Shown here: in pieces, positions 26,570-39,859 of the stretch | How positions within the stretch are numbered: the stretch's first letter is position 1 | Layout of the letters: the number at the start of each line of letters is the position of its first letter | Assembly: GCA_964016885.1 (NCBI GenBank) | Contig: OZ024741.1 | Coordinates: 338,644,001 to 338,708,000, forward strand | Reading direction: 5' to 3' | DNA length: 64,000 nt | From: Eledone cirrhosa | Taxonomy: Eukaryota | Made by a program: the position numbers and the translations under genes | The notes under the pieces: model-generated | What the model saw: the letters and a program-made list of their open reading frames with translations, nothing else | Told to the model about the DNA's origin: nothing | Database searches by the model: none

Positions 26570-29500
26570 TTACTTCTTCCAGGAATCATTACCATATTTG
26601 GTAATTTACCACTGAACATAGATGTACACACCTAGTTCCTACACAATAATATTTTAGACATCAAATTATCTTTTAGTGATCAACGTGAAGCAGTCCTAAA
26701 ATCCCACATTAATGACTATGAACACCCAAGACACAGTCTATGAGATACAACCTCATCTGAGGCTTGCTAAACCTATGAAGGTGTGAACTGCTGCAGCAAC
26801 AACAATAACATTAATGGCTGGCTATTATTTTGACATATTACTGTATCAGAGTGTGTATTACAATTGACTGTTGATTTAGTAATAGTATGATTAAGTATTG
26901 ATCAGTCTTTATTTTATTAAGGACAATATTTTACTCCTATATGATAAACTTTTAAAAACCTGGATAATTTGTTGACTTTTATGGAAACGTTAACCAATAC
27001 AAAAAAAGTTTCTATCAAATGAAAAATGTGGGGAGATACTTTCATTTAAAGCATTCCTTACACATCTGACTAAACTTATCACCAGAGACAAAAGAGATCG
27101 ATGAAAAATTACCAGACAGGATTTACTCTACAAGAAAAAGATGTCATATTCTCAACAAAAACAATTTCACTGTAAAATGTATGGAAGAAATTGTTTTAAG
27201 ATTTAACATTTTACACCACAGGATGACACACAGACAGCTGAAGCTCTATTTCTGTAAAGTATTTAATAAAAGCTTTCCTTTAAAATATATTTTCCATAAA
27301 CAGACTCCACCAAATAACAGACACATCATATAAAAGTGAAACAAAGGATGCTGTTTGTTCTCCAAACAATAATTTACATACAGATGGTGTGAGTTTCTCA
27401 AGAGAATGATTGTCATTGTGATATTAAGGATCAGGTTTATTTTAATCTTAAAGATTTAACCCTTTAACATTTATATTATATTTACTATTGTATTTTCATG
27501 GTAAACACTTCATTTCACATAATATTGAATCTACAAGATTTTGATATTTATTTCGAGAACAATACCTTAACGCCAGTTATGGCTGATTTGAACAGAAAGA
27601 GGTGAGAGAATTCTGGCTGGATATGGCCTGTTTAAATAATGAAAAGACAGAATTTCCATGTCAAATATGTAATAAATCATTTTCTCAAAATGATGGTTTC
27701 TTTTTTCAACATATTGAAAAAAAAAAAAAACATTCAGGAGAGAAACTTTGTAAAATGTGATATATATTTTGGAACACAACCAAATGCATGCAAGAAAAGT
27801 ATCTTTTCTCTGTAACTTTTGGATAATTGTTTTTGAAAACTAGTACCTTATCTAAACATCTCCAGACACATTCCGGTCAAATCATTACACACAGAAGTGG
27901 ATCTAGGTTTGTATGATATGAATGTTTAACGTTCGCTTTCCCTGTTAGCAAGGGATGGACAGGTCTACATAGACCAAGTCAGTACAGAAGTGGGGCTACT
28001 GACATCCTAGACAGGCCGACGGGTCTGTATCCTGCTTATGTATGGTCATGCCTTCTATCCAATACAGAAGAGTTGTGTCTGTTGACACAAACTGAACAGT
28101 TGTGGTAAATCTTCCTCTGTCAGTTCACAGTTGCAGGAACACAGGAGGAATTATAAAGATGGAAGAATTTATTCACATGTTTGTGGTAAATAATTTTATA
28201 AAAGATTTTGCTTATTAAGAAATCCATATGGAAATAAAACTTTATATTTGTGAGGAATCCCTCCTTATGAATAGTAATTTGATGAAACATAAATGGACAC
28301 AGAGAAGAAAGACTATAAATATTCAAATTCTTCAACTGAAATGCTATTAAAACACATCCATGTAATACTTGTGGTAAATTTTTCAATCATCATCAACGTT
28401 TAACGTCCGTGTTCCACGCTTGCATGGGTTTGGACGGGGGTATTCCCACTTGAGGCAAGAGTGATTGTCTTGCTCGCATAGGACTGTCTGGCAGGTTTTC
28501 TACAGTTGGATGCCCTTCCGAACACCAACCACATTTACAGTGTGGGACTGGGAGGTTTTTACCGTGTTGCCTACACGGCCACATTACAGCGTGGACTGTG
28601 TTTTGTCGTGACACCTACACGATCTCATTTGTTTCGGCCTGGATGTTGTGGCACCAACATAACTTTACATAGGAGGGGGTGGTGTGGATGGGTGGTGGGA
28701 CGGGGGTGTATTTTGTTAGAGATGCCTACTGGCTGTAGTAGGTTTTACTATGTATTTAGGTAAGGCGGGTCTTCTCTATTACTGAGTACTGCCAAAGGTC
28801 TCGGTCCAGTGACATTGTCTTGTAAGTGTGTGAGGTCGGAGTTTATCAGCTCGTCCCAGGATTTTCTAGGTCTGCCTATTCCGTGGCTACCGTCCATCTT
28901 TATTGCCCTGCACTTTGTTATACAGCTATCGACTTTCATGCGCATCACGTGTCCGTACCAACGTAGCCTTCTCTCGAGTAAACATCTGATCCCTCTTATT
29001 TCTAATTTTTTCCTTAGTTCGTTTATGCTTTGCCGTTCACATATATTATTATTACACATCCAGCGGAGCATGCAAGCTTCGTTCCTCTCTAGTCTGCGTA
29101 TATCCTCTGCGCACAATGCCCAGGTCTCACTGCCATGCAACATTGTTGTTCGTATGCAGGCATCATACAACCTGCCTTTCATTTTTAGGGAGAACCCTTT
29201 AGCGGCTAATAGTGGTATAAGCTCTGAACTTTTTCCATCCAGTTCTGACTCTAGCTACTGTACTTTCGGAGCACCCTCCCCCACTGCTGATTTTGTCACC
29301 CAGGTAACGGAAGCTGTTCACTATTTCTATAGAGCCCTCTGCGCAATTGAAAGAGTTAGTATGCCAACATTAATTTCAAAAATAAACGACTGCACACAGG
29401 AGAAAGACCTTATACCTGTCTGGATTGTGAAAAGTCTTTCTCTACAAATGGCACATTATTAAAACACATCCATGTACACACTGGTGAGAAACCTTATACT

Positions 29501-30240
29501 TTTGATATTTATGATAAAGCTTTTTTTAAAAAGCAGTAGCTTAGGTGTATAAATGAGAAGCCATACTGCTGTAACATATGTGGAAGATGTTTCTCTTTGA
29601 AAACAAACTTGGTGAAACATGTGCGTAAGAAAGACCATATACATGTGATATTTGTGAGAAATCTTTCTCTCAACACCACACTGGAGAGAAACTATACCAA
29701 TGTGAAGTTTGTCATAAATCTTTTTCAGCAAGTTTCCACTTCTTAGAACACAAATAAGTTAAATTCAGAGAGCTGGGAAAGCTTTCCAGTTAAACATGTG
29801 GTAAATTGTTTTATGTTAGGAATGATTTAATTAAACATCAACGTGGTCTTCCCAATGTAAATAACCATAGTAATAATTGAGATGAGGGGAAAAAAATGGA
29901 CATAATCAGATGTAAACATCAATCACATGCAAGGTGAAAACCATACAAAAGGAATATGTGATATTTCTTCCTAAAAACACTTTTCTAAACATCAGTTAAC
30001 ACATAAGTACAGCAGAAAATCCTTACAGCTGCGAGATTTGTAATAAATCTTTTTATATTAAGGGTAATTTGTCAAAACAAATGGTTACATATTGGCGAGA
30101 TACGTTTTCCTTTTGAAGTTTGTGGAATATTATTTGTCTCAAAAACTGCATAATGAAAACAAACCTTACAAATGTGGCATTTGTAAGAAATCTGTTTATC
30201 ACTTATTGATTTTATTCAATATACAAAATTTCACTGTCAC
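26570..30240 (+). pseudogene. Degraded duplicate of the 8363 zinc-finger gene, with stops, deletions and an RTE insertion
   Basis: 26850-27410 aligns to 8195-8765 (ATG at 27019, premature TGA at 27067-27069). 29362-29758 aligns to 9385-9838 with deletions. 30020-30150 aligns to 10100-10240. Confidence 0.9.
28388..29360 (-). mobile_element. RTE LINE family B, 5'-truncated, inserted in the ZNF pseudogene
   Basis: KGRLYDACIRTTMLHGSETW...RLRWYGHVMRM...GRPRKSW; 3'UTR nearly identical to 21180-21563; splits TTCAAT|GCCAAC of the parental sequence. Confidence 0.9.
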
Positions 30241-30572
30241 AAAAGTCCACTGACATAATATAAAAATATTTGAGCAGTATGTAAGAAAAACAAAACATAT
30301 TTACTATTATATTTTCATGGAAGAGGCTTTACCTCACATAATATCGAATCTATGAGATTTTGGTATTATTTATTTTGAGAACTTAACATCAGTATGAGCA
30401 GCCAGAAAGGAGAAAAAGCAATTTAACTCAACACAAAAGGAAACGGGATAATTAAGAGAAATGTAATTCTGTGAAAGTGTATACATTAAAGATTTTGAAA
30501 TATTTTACTTATGTTTACGTGGTCTTCATAAATTCTTTCACCTTTCTAATATTGCAAGAAAATAGAAATAAT

Positions 30573-30681
30573 TGTTTCTACGTTAGGCACAAAGCCAGCA
30601 ATTACCCAGTGTATTACTGGTACTTTATTTTATCGACCCCGTAAGGATGAAAGGCAAAGTTAACCTCGGCGGGATTTGAAC
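30573..30681 (-). mobile_element. 5'-truncated SINE family A with 19-bp TSD
   Basis: TSD GCAAGAAAATAGAAATAAT at 30554-30572 and 30682-30700. Confidence 0.85.
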
Positions 30682-30787
30682 GCAAGAAAATAGAAATAAT
30701 GGTCATTGGATATATTCACTTAGCTTTAGACAATAAGGGAATTTGTGTGTTGAGAAGTTGGACATCAAACCTTTAAAACACAGGCAC

Positions 30788-30828
<41 letters not shown>

Positions 30829-31099
30829 TATACTTTCAGAGGGTCATGCTGCCAATAAAAAAAATACATGCACCTTTTGGATTTCATTTCAATTTATTAT
30901 AAACTTCCAGTCAATTAGTTTAGTAACCGGATGGTTGTTTAGTTGTTGATTTTCATCAAAGCTCTTCCGTCACGCATTCTGTGATCTCAATGACTACTTC
31001 TGTTATTTTGCCCTACATCTTGTTTTTGTGAACTGTGTACTTAGGCTGCACATGCATTGTATCTGGGTTTGTTTTTTCTCCAAGCATTTTCCACACCCC

Positions 31100-31540
31100 T
31101 CCATAAAGTGATCCCACCCTGGAGCCACAAGAGCCTAACCCTCACTTATAGTGGATGTCACGTAGGTGTCACGACAAAAAGCATCCAGTCCACACTGTAA
31201 AGTGGTAGTCATAACAAAAAGCACCCCACACACACTGTAAAGTGGTAGTCACAACAAAAAGCACCCCACACACTGTAAATGGGGTTGGCATTAGGAAGGG
31301 CATCCAACCATAGAAACCAAGCCAAAATTGGTTGTGTAAGCAAATCAGTTTTTACGGGTAAAGCTAACTGGCAGGAAACCCAGATGTCGACCCTGAGCAA
31401 GATGGTTAGATTACATCCATGAGGTTGATTAGTCTCACTTACGAATCCAGCCGGATAAATTGGAAAGTTGCCTCTGACAGGACCTGCTGGAAGGCATGAT
31501 TGTGGACTGTCACCACGACCCTCTCAGGAATAAGTGGGCA
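31100..31540 (+). mobile_element. RTE 3'UTR fragment followed by a second RTE-like C-terminal fragment
   Basis: AAAAAGCACCCCACACACTGTAAA sub-repeats and GGAAGGGCATCC; 31360-31500 resembles 23470-23610 (RP.GRP..RWLD.I-like). Confidence 0.55.
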
Positions 31541-33074
31541 AAGTAGGTTTCAAATAGCTTAACGAAAAGGTTATCTCATAAAATTCTTCAAATTTTCAAA
31601 CTTGATATACATAGGAAGTATATTTCATTAGAAATACAGGTAACAGGATCCCTCAGATGTAGCTTTTGTCTGTGATATTACAATCCTGACAATATATTTA
31701 TTCAAAACAGGTGGTATTGGCACTGGCAGACTTGAAATTAAACAGCACCAATTAATATAAACTGTGTTGCTAAGACACCACTATCCAAATAAGGTTGTCA
31801 TCATAAACCAATAACGAAATACTTACCTAACAGTAGAGACTTATGAAAACAGTAAAATATCATCAGTATTTAATCATTTTGACACCAACCAGGCCAAAAC
31901 AAGTTCTGATTTTATGAAACAAAACCATGCATTTGTGAACATATTTCTAACGATCTTCCATTTCAATTAATTAATGAAGAAATTTTTATGGATTTACTAA
32001 AATTATTATTTCATTACTAAGATTGGCCAGATTGGTATCAAAAGGGTTAATGGTTTCCAATAAACTAAATTAGCAAACAGTACTGATTGCATCACATAAA
32101 AATCAGCCTAGTTTACTGCTAATTTTCACAATCTGTCGACTGGTGAGAAAGAAAAGATTTTGATTATCCAAAACATACCTCAAATATAGTTATATGATTT
32201 TAATTAAAATGAAACAACTTATACATAAATCTGAATATTTTGCTACAAATTTCAGTGATTTTACATATTTTTCTTTTTTGTAGAGGAAAAAGTAAACTTG
32301 GACTCAACAAGCCATAGTAAAACAACCTTTCTAATAGAAGAGTAACTCCAAATACATACTTGCACAGAGGTGACATGAACTTCATAAGCCATAGTGAAGA
32401 CAACCAGCCTAGGAGAGCAGTCATCCTGAATAAAACCCGATACAGGTCTGCATTAGCCCTACTATTGATTAAGTTGAATGTAGTCCTGTTGACCCAAGCT
32501 TTTAGAGAGGTTGAATTCTATTTCTCATGTTCAATGACAACCTGAGATAAAATTGTTTTCTGGTAATGTAGTCATTACATGGTGAATTGGCAGTCATTAG
32601 AATTTCAGATAGAGTGCTTTGTTATATTTATTTTGGCTCTCTGAATTTAAATCCCACCGAGGTCAACTTTTCCTTTCATCCATTCGAGGTTGATAAAAAG
32701 TACCTGTCAAGTACTGCGGTCAGTTCTTCTGCTATGTCTCTTTCTCACTTTCTACTCTTCTCATGAAGAAATCTGTTCAGCCCTAGAGAGGAGATGGGCT
32801 CTGCTAGGTTTTAAAATGCCCCAAGAAACACTGTAAGTTAATATGGCGCCTCTACAACTCCTTCAGGAGTTACAGGTAAAAGAAAGAATATAGTCATTAA
32901 GTTCTTCCCATGAGACATACTTTGAAGAGTTAGAAAACGTGATGACTGCTTTAATAAAATTAAGACAGGATAGTCACAGTTGGAACACCGTCGTCGATAT
33001 CAATTTGAAAAAAAATTTGATTGCTTTAAAAAAAAAAAAAAAAATTGGTAAAATCCAAACTAAATCAGACCATG

Positions 33075-33830
33075 CCTTAATGTGCACAGATCAACATGGC
33101 TTTGCCTGTGGGAAATCTACGACCAATTTGCTTGAAACACTGGATTTATGGACAGAAGCTCTGTGTCAATCTGCCAGTTGATGTTATCTTTCTGGACTAT
33201 ACAAAAGCGTTTGAGAAGGTTCTGCATGAACGACTGCTGAAACAGATAGAAACGTTTGGAATAAGAAGCAATATACTGAAATGTTTGAGAAATTTCCTCA
33301 CATTACAGACACATGTCTTAGTCAACACCACTTTTTCAGAATGGGTGGAAGCCAGAAGTGATATACCACAGGGTACAGTCCTGGGTCCCCTCCTGTTCTC
33401 GTTAAGTTAAAGAGAGATAAGGATATTATTGAAAATGTGCAGTGAAGAGCAACATGCCTCATCCAGGAGCTCTCATAACAACCCTACACTGAATGTCTTC
33501 AGGCTTTGGGATTCCTCATGCTGGAGTGTAAGAGGCAAAGGGAAGATATGATACAAGCTTTTAAAATACTAAATAAGTTCGATAAAGTACAGTACACGAG
33601 GTGTCCCATCTACGGCAATGCAGGACTACTTGAGGACACAACCGGAAGCTCCAGGTGTAACCCTAACCAAGTCCTTGGAACCACTTCTTTTCTGCATGTG
33701 CAATCAACCACTGGAACAACCGCAAACAAGAAACAGCTGACATACTCTTAGTTAACATTTTAAAGTCAAGGTTCAAGGAGTGGAATAACCACCCACTCAA
33801 GTTTAATTATCACTTCTCGTATTGATGCTT
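33075..33830 (+). mobile_element. Degenerate CR1-like LINE RT and 3' fragment
   Basis: QHGF..GKSTTNLLE, VDVIFLDYTKAFEKV.H..LL, PQGTVLGPLLF and R.R.DMIQAFKIL across several frames. Confidence 0.8.
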
Positions 33831-35330
33831 ATCTGGGAGGCATCAATACCAAATGATGCTTGATACTCAGAAGGTGATCATCTACACCTTGGTATGAGTA
33901 ATTACCCTTACCAAATGACCATACTTATATATATTTGTTTTGAAATTTTTGTCAGACCAGACCATAAAGAATGGAATACCCATTACAAGACTGATTTCTC
34001 AACATATTTCACACTAATGATTTTTTTCTCTAATTTGTATTCAACAATGGATTTCAAGCTTTATATTTTCTCCCTAGATCCCAGTCTGTTTTACACTTCT
34101 TTGAATTTCCCAGGAAATGCTTCACCATAGATATTTAAAAACCTTTATAAAATCAAAATACATTTGTTAGTTTTGATTTTGCTTACTTTATGTTTGACTG
34201 AACTATGTCTACCCTTACACTACCCACAATAGCTGCCTTATCTGCATCAGAGCAAGTTGTCTCACTACATACACCTTGTAATTTACTGTAACTAACCAAC
34301 TCCATAGAAATAACCAATATGTGTTTGGTGTTATTCTTTCTCTTTCCTGGAGATTTACTAGGAGCAAAAACTGCAGAAACAGGAAAATACAATTAAACAG
34401 CGAGACAGCAACAAAGTAAATAAGTTAAATACGACAGAGATACATGCCTCCACACAATTATATACATAGGTACACACACACATATATACTTATGTGTATC
34501 CTGTTTTTTTAACCAACACAGTATCCCTGCATCATTGTAAGAGATGACTAAAAGGTTAGAAGGGCTTCTGGCTGTAAAACATTCCATCCAACCCATGCCA
34601 AAAATAAGTACATACATATAAATTCATATACACACACAACCCATGCCAAAAATAAGTACATACATATAAATTCATATACACACACAACCCATGGGAGTAT
34701 GGAAAATCGGACGTAAAAACGATGATATACACATACATATATATATATATATAAATATTTTGATAAGACTGAAAGATGTTTAAAGTTTGTTGTATTGAAA
34801 CAAAATTTTTTAAAGATACAGACTTTCAAATGAGAGAAAATTATAGCAAATATTTGAATATTGACATCATTATTATACGTGAAGATTTCATCGTGGAATG
34901 CCGGGGGGGGGGGGGGGGAGAATAAAGTGTTCAACATGAGAAAAAAACCTCTTTCACACTGAATGTCCAAGTTTATAATTCACTAAGAAAGACTGCCCAA
35001 ATATTTTAGTGAAAGAGTTTCCCTAAAACATTTGCAGGCTACAAAGAATGATTTCCAACATTTTTCACTATGATAAATGTTCTTTAAATCATCAATGGAC
35101 GTTAAACAACTAAAAGTACAAGACTTTACGCTCATATCAGTACATCATCAAAGTTGACATCCAGATACTGCTGTCGGATAATGTGAAATGAAGAATCTTA
35201 CTCAGGAATACAACACGCCTCATAGTCTGAAGATCGAACTTACAACTTTTACGATCACCAGATCAATACCCTATCAACTAACAGCGTACATTTCGATAAT
35301 TTTATATTTACAATTGAAATAATTCATTTC

Positions 35331-36530
35331 TCACGTTTCTTGGTTAAAATTCTTCGTTGCTGCGTGTATTCGTTCATGTCTGTTTAAATGGCTACTATTA
35401 ACAAATGCTTTTCCACAAGTTTCACAACGAAATGGTTTTTCTCCGGTGTGTCTACGTTTATGCACCAGAAGACTAGAACTAACAGAAAAAGATTTGTCAC
35501 ATATTTCACAGTAATATGGTTTTTCTCCGGTATGTACACGTTCATGGGTTTTTAAGTCACTGTTATTTACAAAAGATTTCGTACATATTTCACAGCTGTA
35601 TGGCTTCTCTCCAGTGTGTCTACGTTTGTGACTGATGAGATCAGAATTTCGAGAGAAAGATTTACCACACATTTCACAAAGATAGCTTTTTTCTCCGGTA
35701 TGTAGTTGTTTATGGACAATAAGAGAAGATTTAACAGAAAACGATTTCTCACATATTTCACAGTGATAAGGTTTTTCTCCAGTGTGTCGGCGCCTGTGGA
35801 TTATAAGCTTACAATTTTCAATGAAATATTTTCCACATATTTCACAGTGAAACAGTTTTTCTCCTGTATGTATTCTTTTATGAGTTGTTAAATTACTATT
35901 ATCGACAAAAGATTTTCCACAAACATCACAGTGGTAGGGTTTCTCTCCTGTGTGTATCCGTCTGTGTCTTGTTAAATTACTACTGTAGAGAAAAGCTTTC
36001 CCACACACATCGCAATGGTAGGGTTTCTCTCCTGTGTGTATTCTTCTGTGACGAGTTAAATTACTGCTGTGGACAAAGGAAACTCCACACACTTCACAAG
36101 AATAGACTTTTCCTCCGGGGTGAAGACTTTTTTGTGTTTTATCTCCAGTGTGACAACGTATGTGAATCGCAAGACTGGAATTATTAACGAAAGATTTTTC
36201 ACATATTTGACAATGAAACAATTTTTCTTCGGTGTGAGTCCTCTTGTGTCTTGTTAAATTACTGTTCAGGACAAAACGTTTGCCACATTTATCACAGTTA
36301 AATGGTTTTTCTCTGTGGTGTTTCTTTTTGTGAGTGAAAATTTCATATTTTGATGAGAACGTTTTCTTACAAATCCCACAACGATATTCACTATTTTTTT
36401 TGTGTATTGGTTTTTGTTTAGTAAACGTTTCACTTTGTAAAGATTTTTCGTCGGTGCATGTTTGTGTATCAGAGTCTGGATTCTTCGAATCAGTTGTTTT
36501 AGAAGTGTCTAACGGATTAACGTCCTCCAT
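35331..36530 (-). CDS. Poly-C2H2 zinc-finger protein, 12 fingers, 399 aa
   Basis: Uninterrupted ORF with HTGEKPY linkers, a short acidic/Thr-rich N-terminus and a finger remnant ([14 protein letters not shown]) between fingers 3 and 4. Confidence 0.92.
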   Translation of the reverse strand: MEDVNPLDTSKTTDSKNPDSDTQTCTDEKSLQSETFTKQKPIHKKNSEYRCGICKKTFSSKYEIFTHKKKHHREKPFNCDKCGKRFVLNSNLTRHKRTHTEEKLFHCQICEKSFVNNSSLAIHIRCHTGDKTQKSLHPGGKVYSCEVCGVSFVHSSNLTRHRRIHTGEKPYHCDVCGKAFLYSSNLTRHRRIHTGEKPYHCDVCGKSFVDNSNLTTHKRIHTGEKLFHCEICGKYFIENCKLIIHRRRHTGEKPYHCEICEKSFSVKSSLIVHKQLHTGEKSYLCEMCGKSFSRNSDLISHKRRHTGEKPYSCEICTKSFVNNSDLKTHERVHTGEKPYYCEICDKSFSVSSSLLVHKRRHTGEKPFRCETCGKAFVNSSHLNRHERIHAATKNFNQET

Positions 36531-37069
36531 AATTAAATTCTCCAGAAATTTTTTTAAAAACCTGAGAAACGATGTCTGCCGAATATAATTATGGTTCAGT
36601 GCCTTGTCTTGGATAGCATGAAATTCTGTTTACATGTAAAGGGGAAATGTGTAATGTCGATCTATTTTCTACATATCACTAGGATACCTGTTGCTCATTA
36701 GGTCATTTCAAAGTGACACACACACATAGTTAAATTGTTGGCAAGAAAAATAATTCGATTTCTACGTTAAGAAACGTGGATAAGACTTACTGATGCTATG
36801 TAGGCTAAAATGACGTCCACAAATGACTGGAAAGGAGGTTGTATTGGAAAGTTCACATAGAATAAGTGAAAAGCAACAAAATATACGAGAGATGACAAAA
36901 AGAGTATATACACATATATATATATATGTAGGTTTGTGTATATAGGAGGAGAGTTCCCAACAAATTAAGTTTTATAATTATATATATATGGCTATGTGGA
37001 AACAAACAAGGAATATTTCACGCGTATAATATGGAAGATGAAAACTATGCGCTGTATTAACAATAGAAA

Positions 37070-37200
37070 TATTACTTCCGGTTTTAAGGTTAGCTGAAAA
37101 TTAGAGAAGGGTTAGAAATACTTATCGTTGATTGGTTGATTATTAAAACCCATTTCCCGAAAGCTAATCGCTCATTGGTTGGTTTATTAAAACCCATTTC
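37070..37200 (-). promoter_or_regulatory. Candidate promoter of the minus-strand ZNF (ETS site and two CCAAT boxes)
   Basis: ACTTCCGG at 37074-37081; direct repeat ATTGGTTG.(T)TTATTAAAACCCATTTC at 37131-37156 and 37174-37200; about 550 bp upstream of the ATG, with candidate splice sites between. Confidence 0.55.
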
Positions 37201-37591
37201 TCCTGTACTGTAATATGGGGGAACCTGCAAGTCACGATATATTGTAGTTTGTGAAGAAATAAAATATTTCGTTAGGAATATGATGGAACATCGACGCTGA
37301 AAAGTAAAAAATCACTGTGTATCATCTTAACATATCAATGATTTAATTAGGAAAATTGAAATAATAATCGGCGGTGCCGTTAACCATTATCTCTCTCGCA
37401 TGAATAACACCGGTGACATAAGTTAAAAGTCCCCAACACAATTTAATACAATCAGAAATTATTTCAATTATTTCAGGTTGCTCCTTCAATTATATCATAA
37501 TACGAAGAGAATCAAAAATCGTCACCCTAACGTGTCACTGAAAGCTTTTAAGTGATCAATCGACCGACTAGGAATAGCTGTCAAATCCTTA

Positions 37592-39485
37592 AACTACCAC
37601 AGTCTCTATGGTACCATACTGGCACTATTACCACAGTCTATATGGTACCATACTGACACTGTTACCACAGTATATGGTACCATAATGACACTATTACCAC
37701 AGTCTATATGGTACCATACTGACACTATTACCAGTCTATATGGTACCATACTGACACTGTTACCATAGTATATGGTACCATAATGACACTGTTACCACAG
37801 TATATGGTACCATAATGACACTATTACCACAGTCTATATGGTACCATACTGACACTATTACCACAGTCTATATGGTACCATACTGACACTACTACCACAG
37901 TCTATATGGTACCATGTGGGACACTATTGCCACCATCTATATGGTACCATGCTGACACTATTACCACAGTCTATATGGTACCATGTGTCACACTATTACC
38001 ACAGTCTATATGGTACCATACTGACACTATTACCACAGTCTATATGGTACCATGTGGGACGCTATTGCTAGTCTATATGGTACCATAATAACACTATTAC
38101 CACAGTCTATATAGTACCTTGTGTGGGACTATTACCACAGTCTATATGGTACCATGTGAGACACTATTGCTACAGTCTATATGGTACCATAATGACATAA
38201 TTACCACAGTCTATATGGTACCATGTGGGACACTATTACCACAGTCTATATGGTACTATAATGACACTATTACCACAGTCTATATGGTACCATGTGTGAC
38301 ACTATTACCACATTCTGTATGGTACCATACTGACACTATTACCACAGTCTGTATGGTACCATGTGTGGCACTATTACCACAGTCTATATGGTACCATGTG
38401 TGACACTATTACCACAGTCTATATGGTACCATACTGATGCAATTACCACTGTCTATATGGTACCACACAAACAATATTACCACAGTCTATATGGTACATG
38501 TGTGACATTATTACCACAGTCTATATGGTACCATGCGTGACACTATTACCACAGACTATACACTGCCACACTGGTAATATTACCAGTCTATACGCTACCA
38601 CACTGGTAATATTACCAGTCTATACGCTACCACACTGGTAATATTACCACAGTCTATAAGCTACCACACTGGTAATATTACCACAGTCTATATGGTACCA
38701 TGTGGGACACTATTGCTACAGTCTATATTGTACCATAATGACACTATTACCAGTCTATATAGTACCATGTGTGGCACTATTACCACAGTCTATATGGTAC
38801 CATGTGAGACACTATTACCACAGTCTATATGGTACTATAATGACACTATTACCACAGTCTATATGGTACTATGTGTGACACTATTACCACATTCTGTATG
38901 GTACCATACTGACACTATTACAACAGTCTATATGGTACCATACTGACACTATTACTACAGTCTATATGGTACCATGTGTGGCACTATTACCAGTCTATAT
39001 GGTACCACACTGACACTATTACCACAGTCTATATGGTACCATAATGATACTATTACTACAGTCTATATGGTACCATAATGACACTATTACCACAGTCTAT
39101 ATGGCACCATAATGACACTATTACCACAGTCTATATGGTACCATGTGTGACACTATTACCACAGTCTATATGGTACCTTACTAACACTATTACTACCGTC
39201 TATATGGTACCATACTGATGCAATTACCACTGTCTATATGGTACGATACAAACAACATTACCACAGTCTATATGGTACATGTGTGACATTATTACCACAG
39301 TCTATATGGTACTATGCACGACACTATTACCACAGTTTATATGGTACCATGTGTGACACTATTACCACAGACTATACACTACCACACTGGTAATATTACC
39401 AGTCTATACGCTACCACACTGGTAATATTACCACAGTCTATAAGCTACCACACTGGTAATATTACCACAGTCTATATGGTACTGT
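37592..39485. repeat. 34-bp tandem satellite, roughly 55 units, with a palindromic TATGGTACCATA core
   Basis: Unit CACTATTACCACAGTCTATATGGTACCATACTGA (37623 to 37657 = 34 bp); variants TAAT, TGTG and TACT follow the palindrome centre. Confidence 0.95.
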
Positions 39486-39859
39486 ATTGCGAGAAAAACT
39501 TTGCTTTCATCTTTCTGTTGTTCCAAAATAGTACCTGTCCAGTCATGGGGTTTATTTTTCTTCTATATCTCTTTCTTACAAACCTTTTCTCTTTCTTTGA
39601 GAGATAGCAGCTGTGTTCAGATCAGAAGTGATGACTTTTGTTAGTTTAAAAAAATGCCCAAGATGATATGTCACAATGGGGCCACTATAATTCCATTAGG
39701 AGTTATGTTTTCATCCATACATGCAGTCTGAAATTGATTCTGTTAATAAATGATATCGTACTATAGAGATTCTGATATTAGTAGCTACCACAATTTGAAG
39801 AGGTTTTGTCTATGTAGGCAATCTTAACTTATTCTATCCATCTATCCTACATTTAAACA

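Noticed and set aside
37592-39485. CRISPR-like array, or repetitive Cys/His protein ORFs (MVPCGTLLPQSIWYH...)
   Set aside because: Units are contiguous with only a few recurring 4-5-nt variants rather than unique spacers. There are no cas genes and the context is eukaryotic. The 34-bp period is not a multiple of 3, so the ORFs are by-products.
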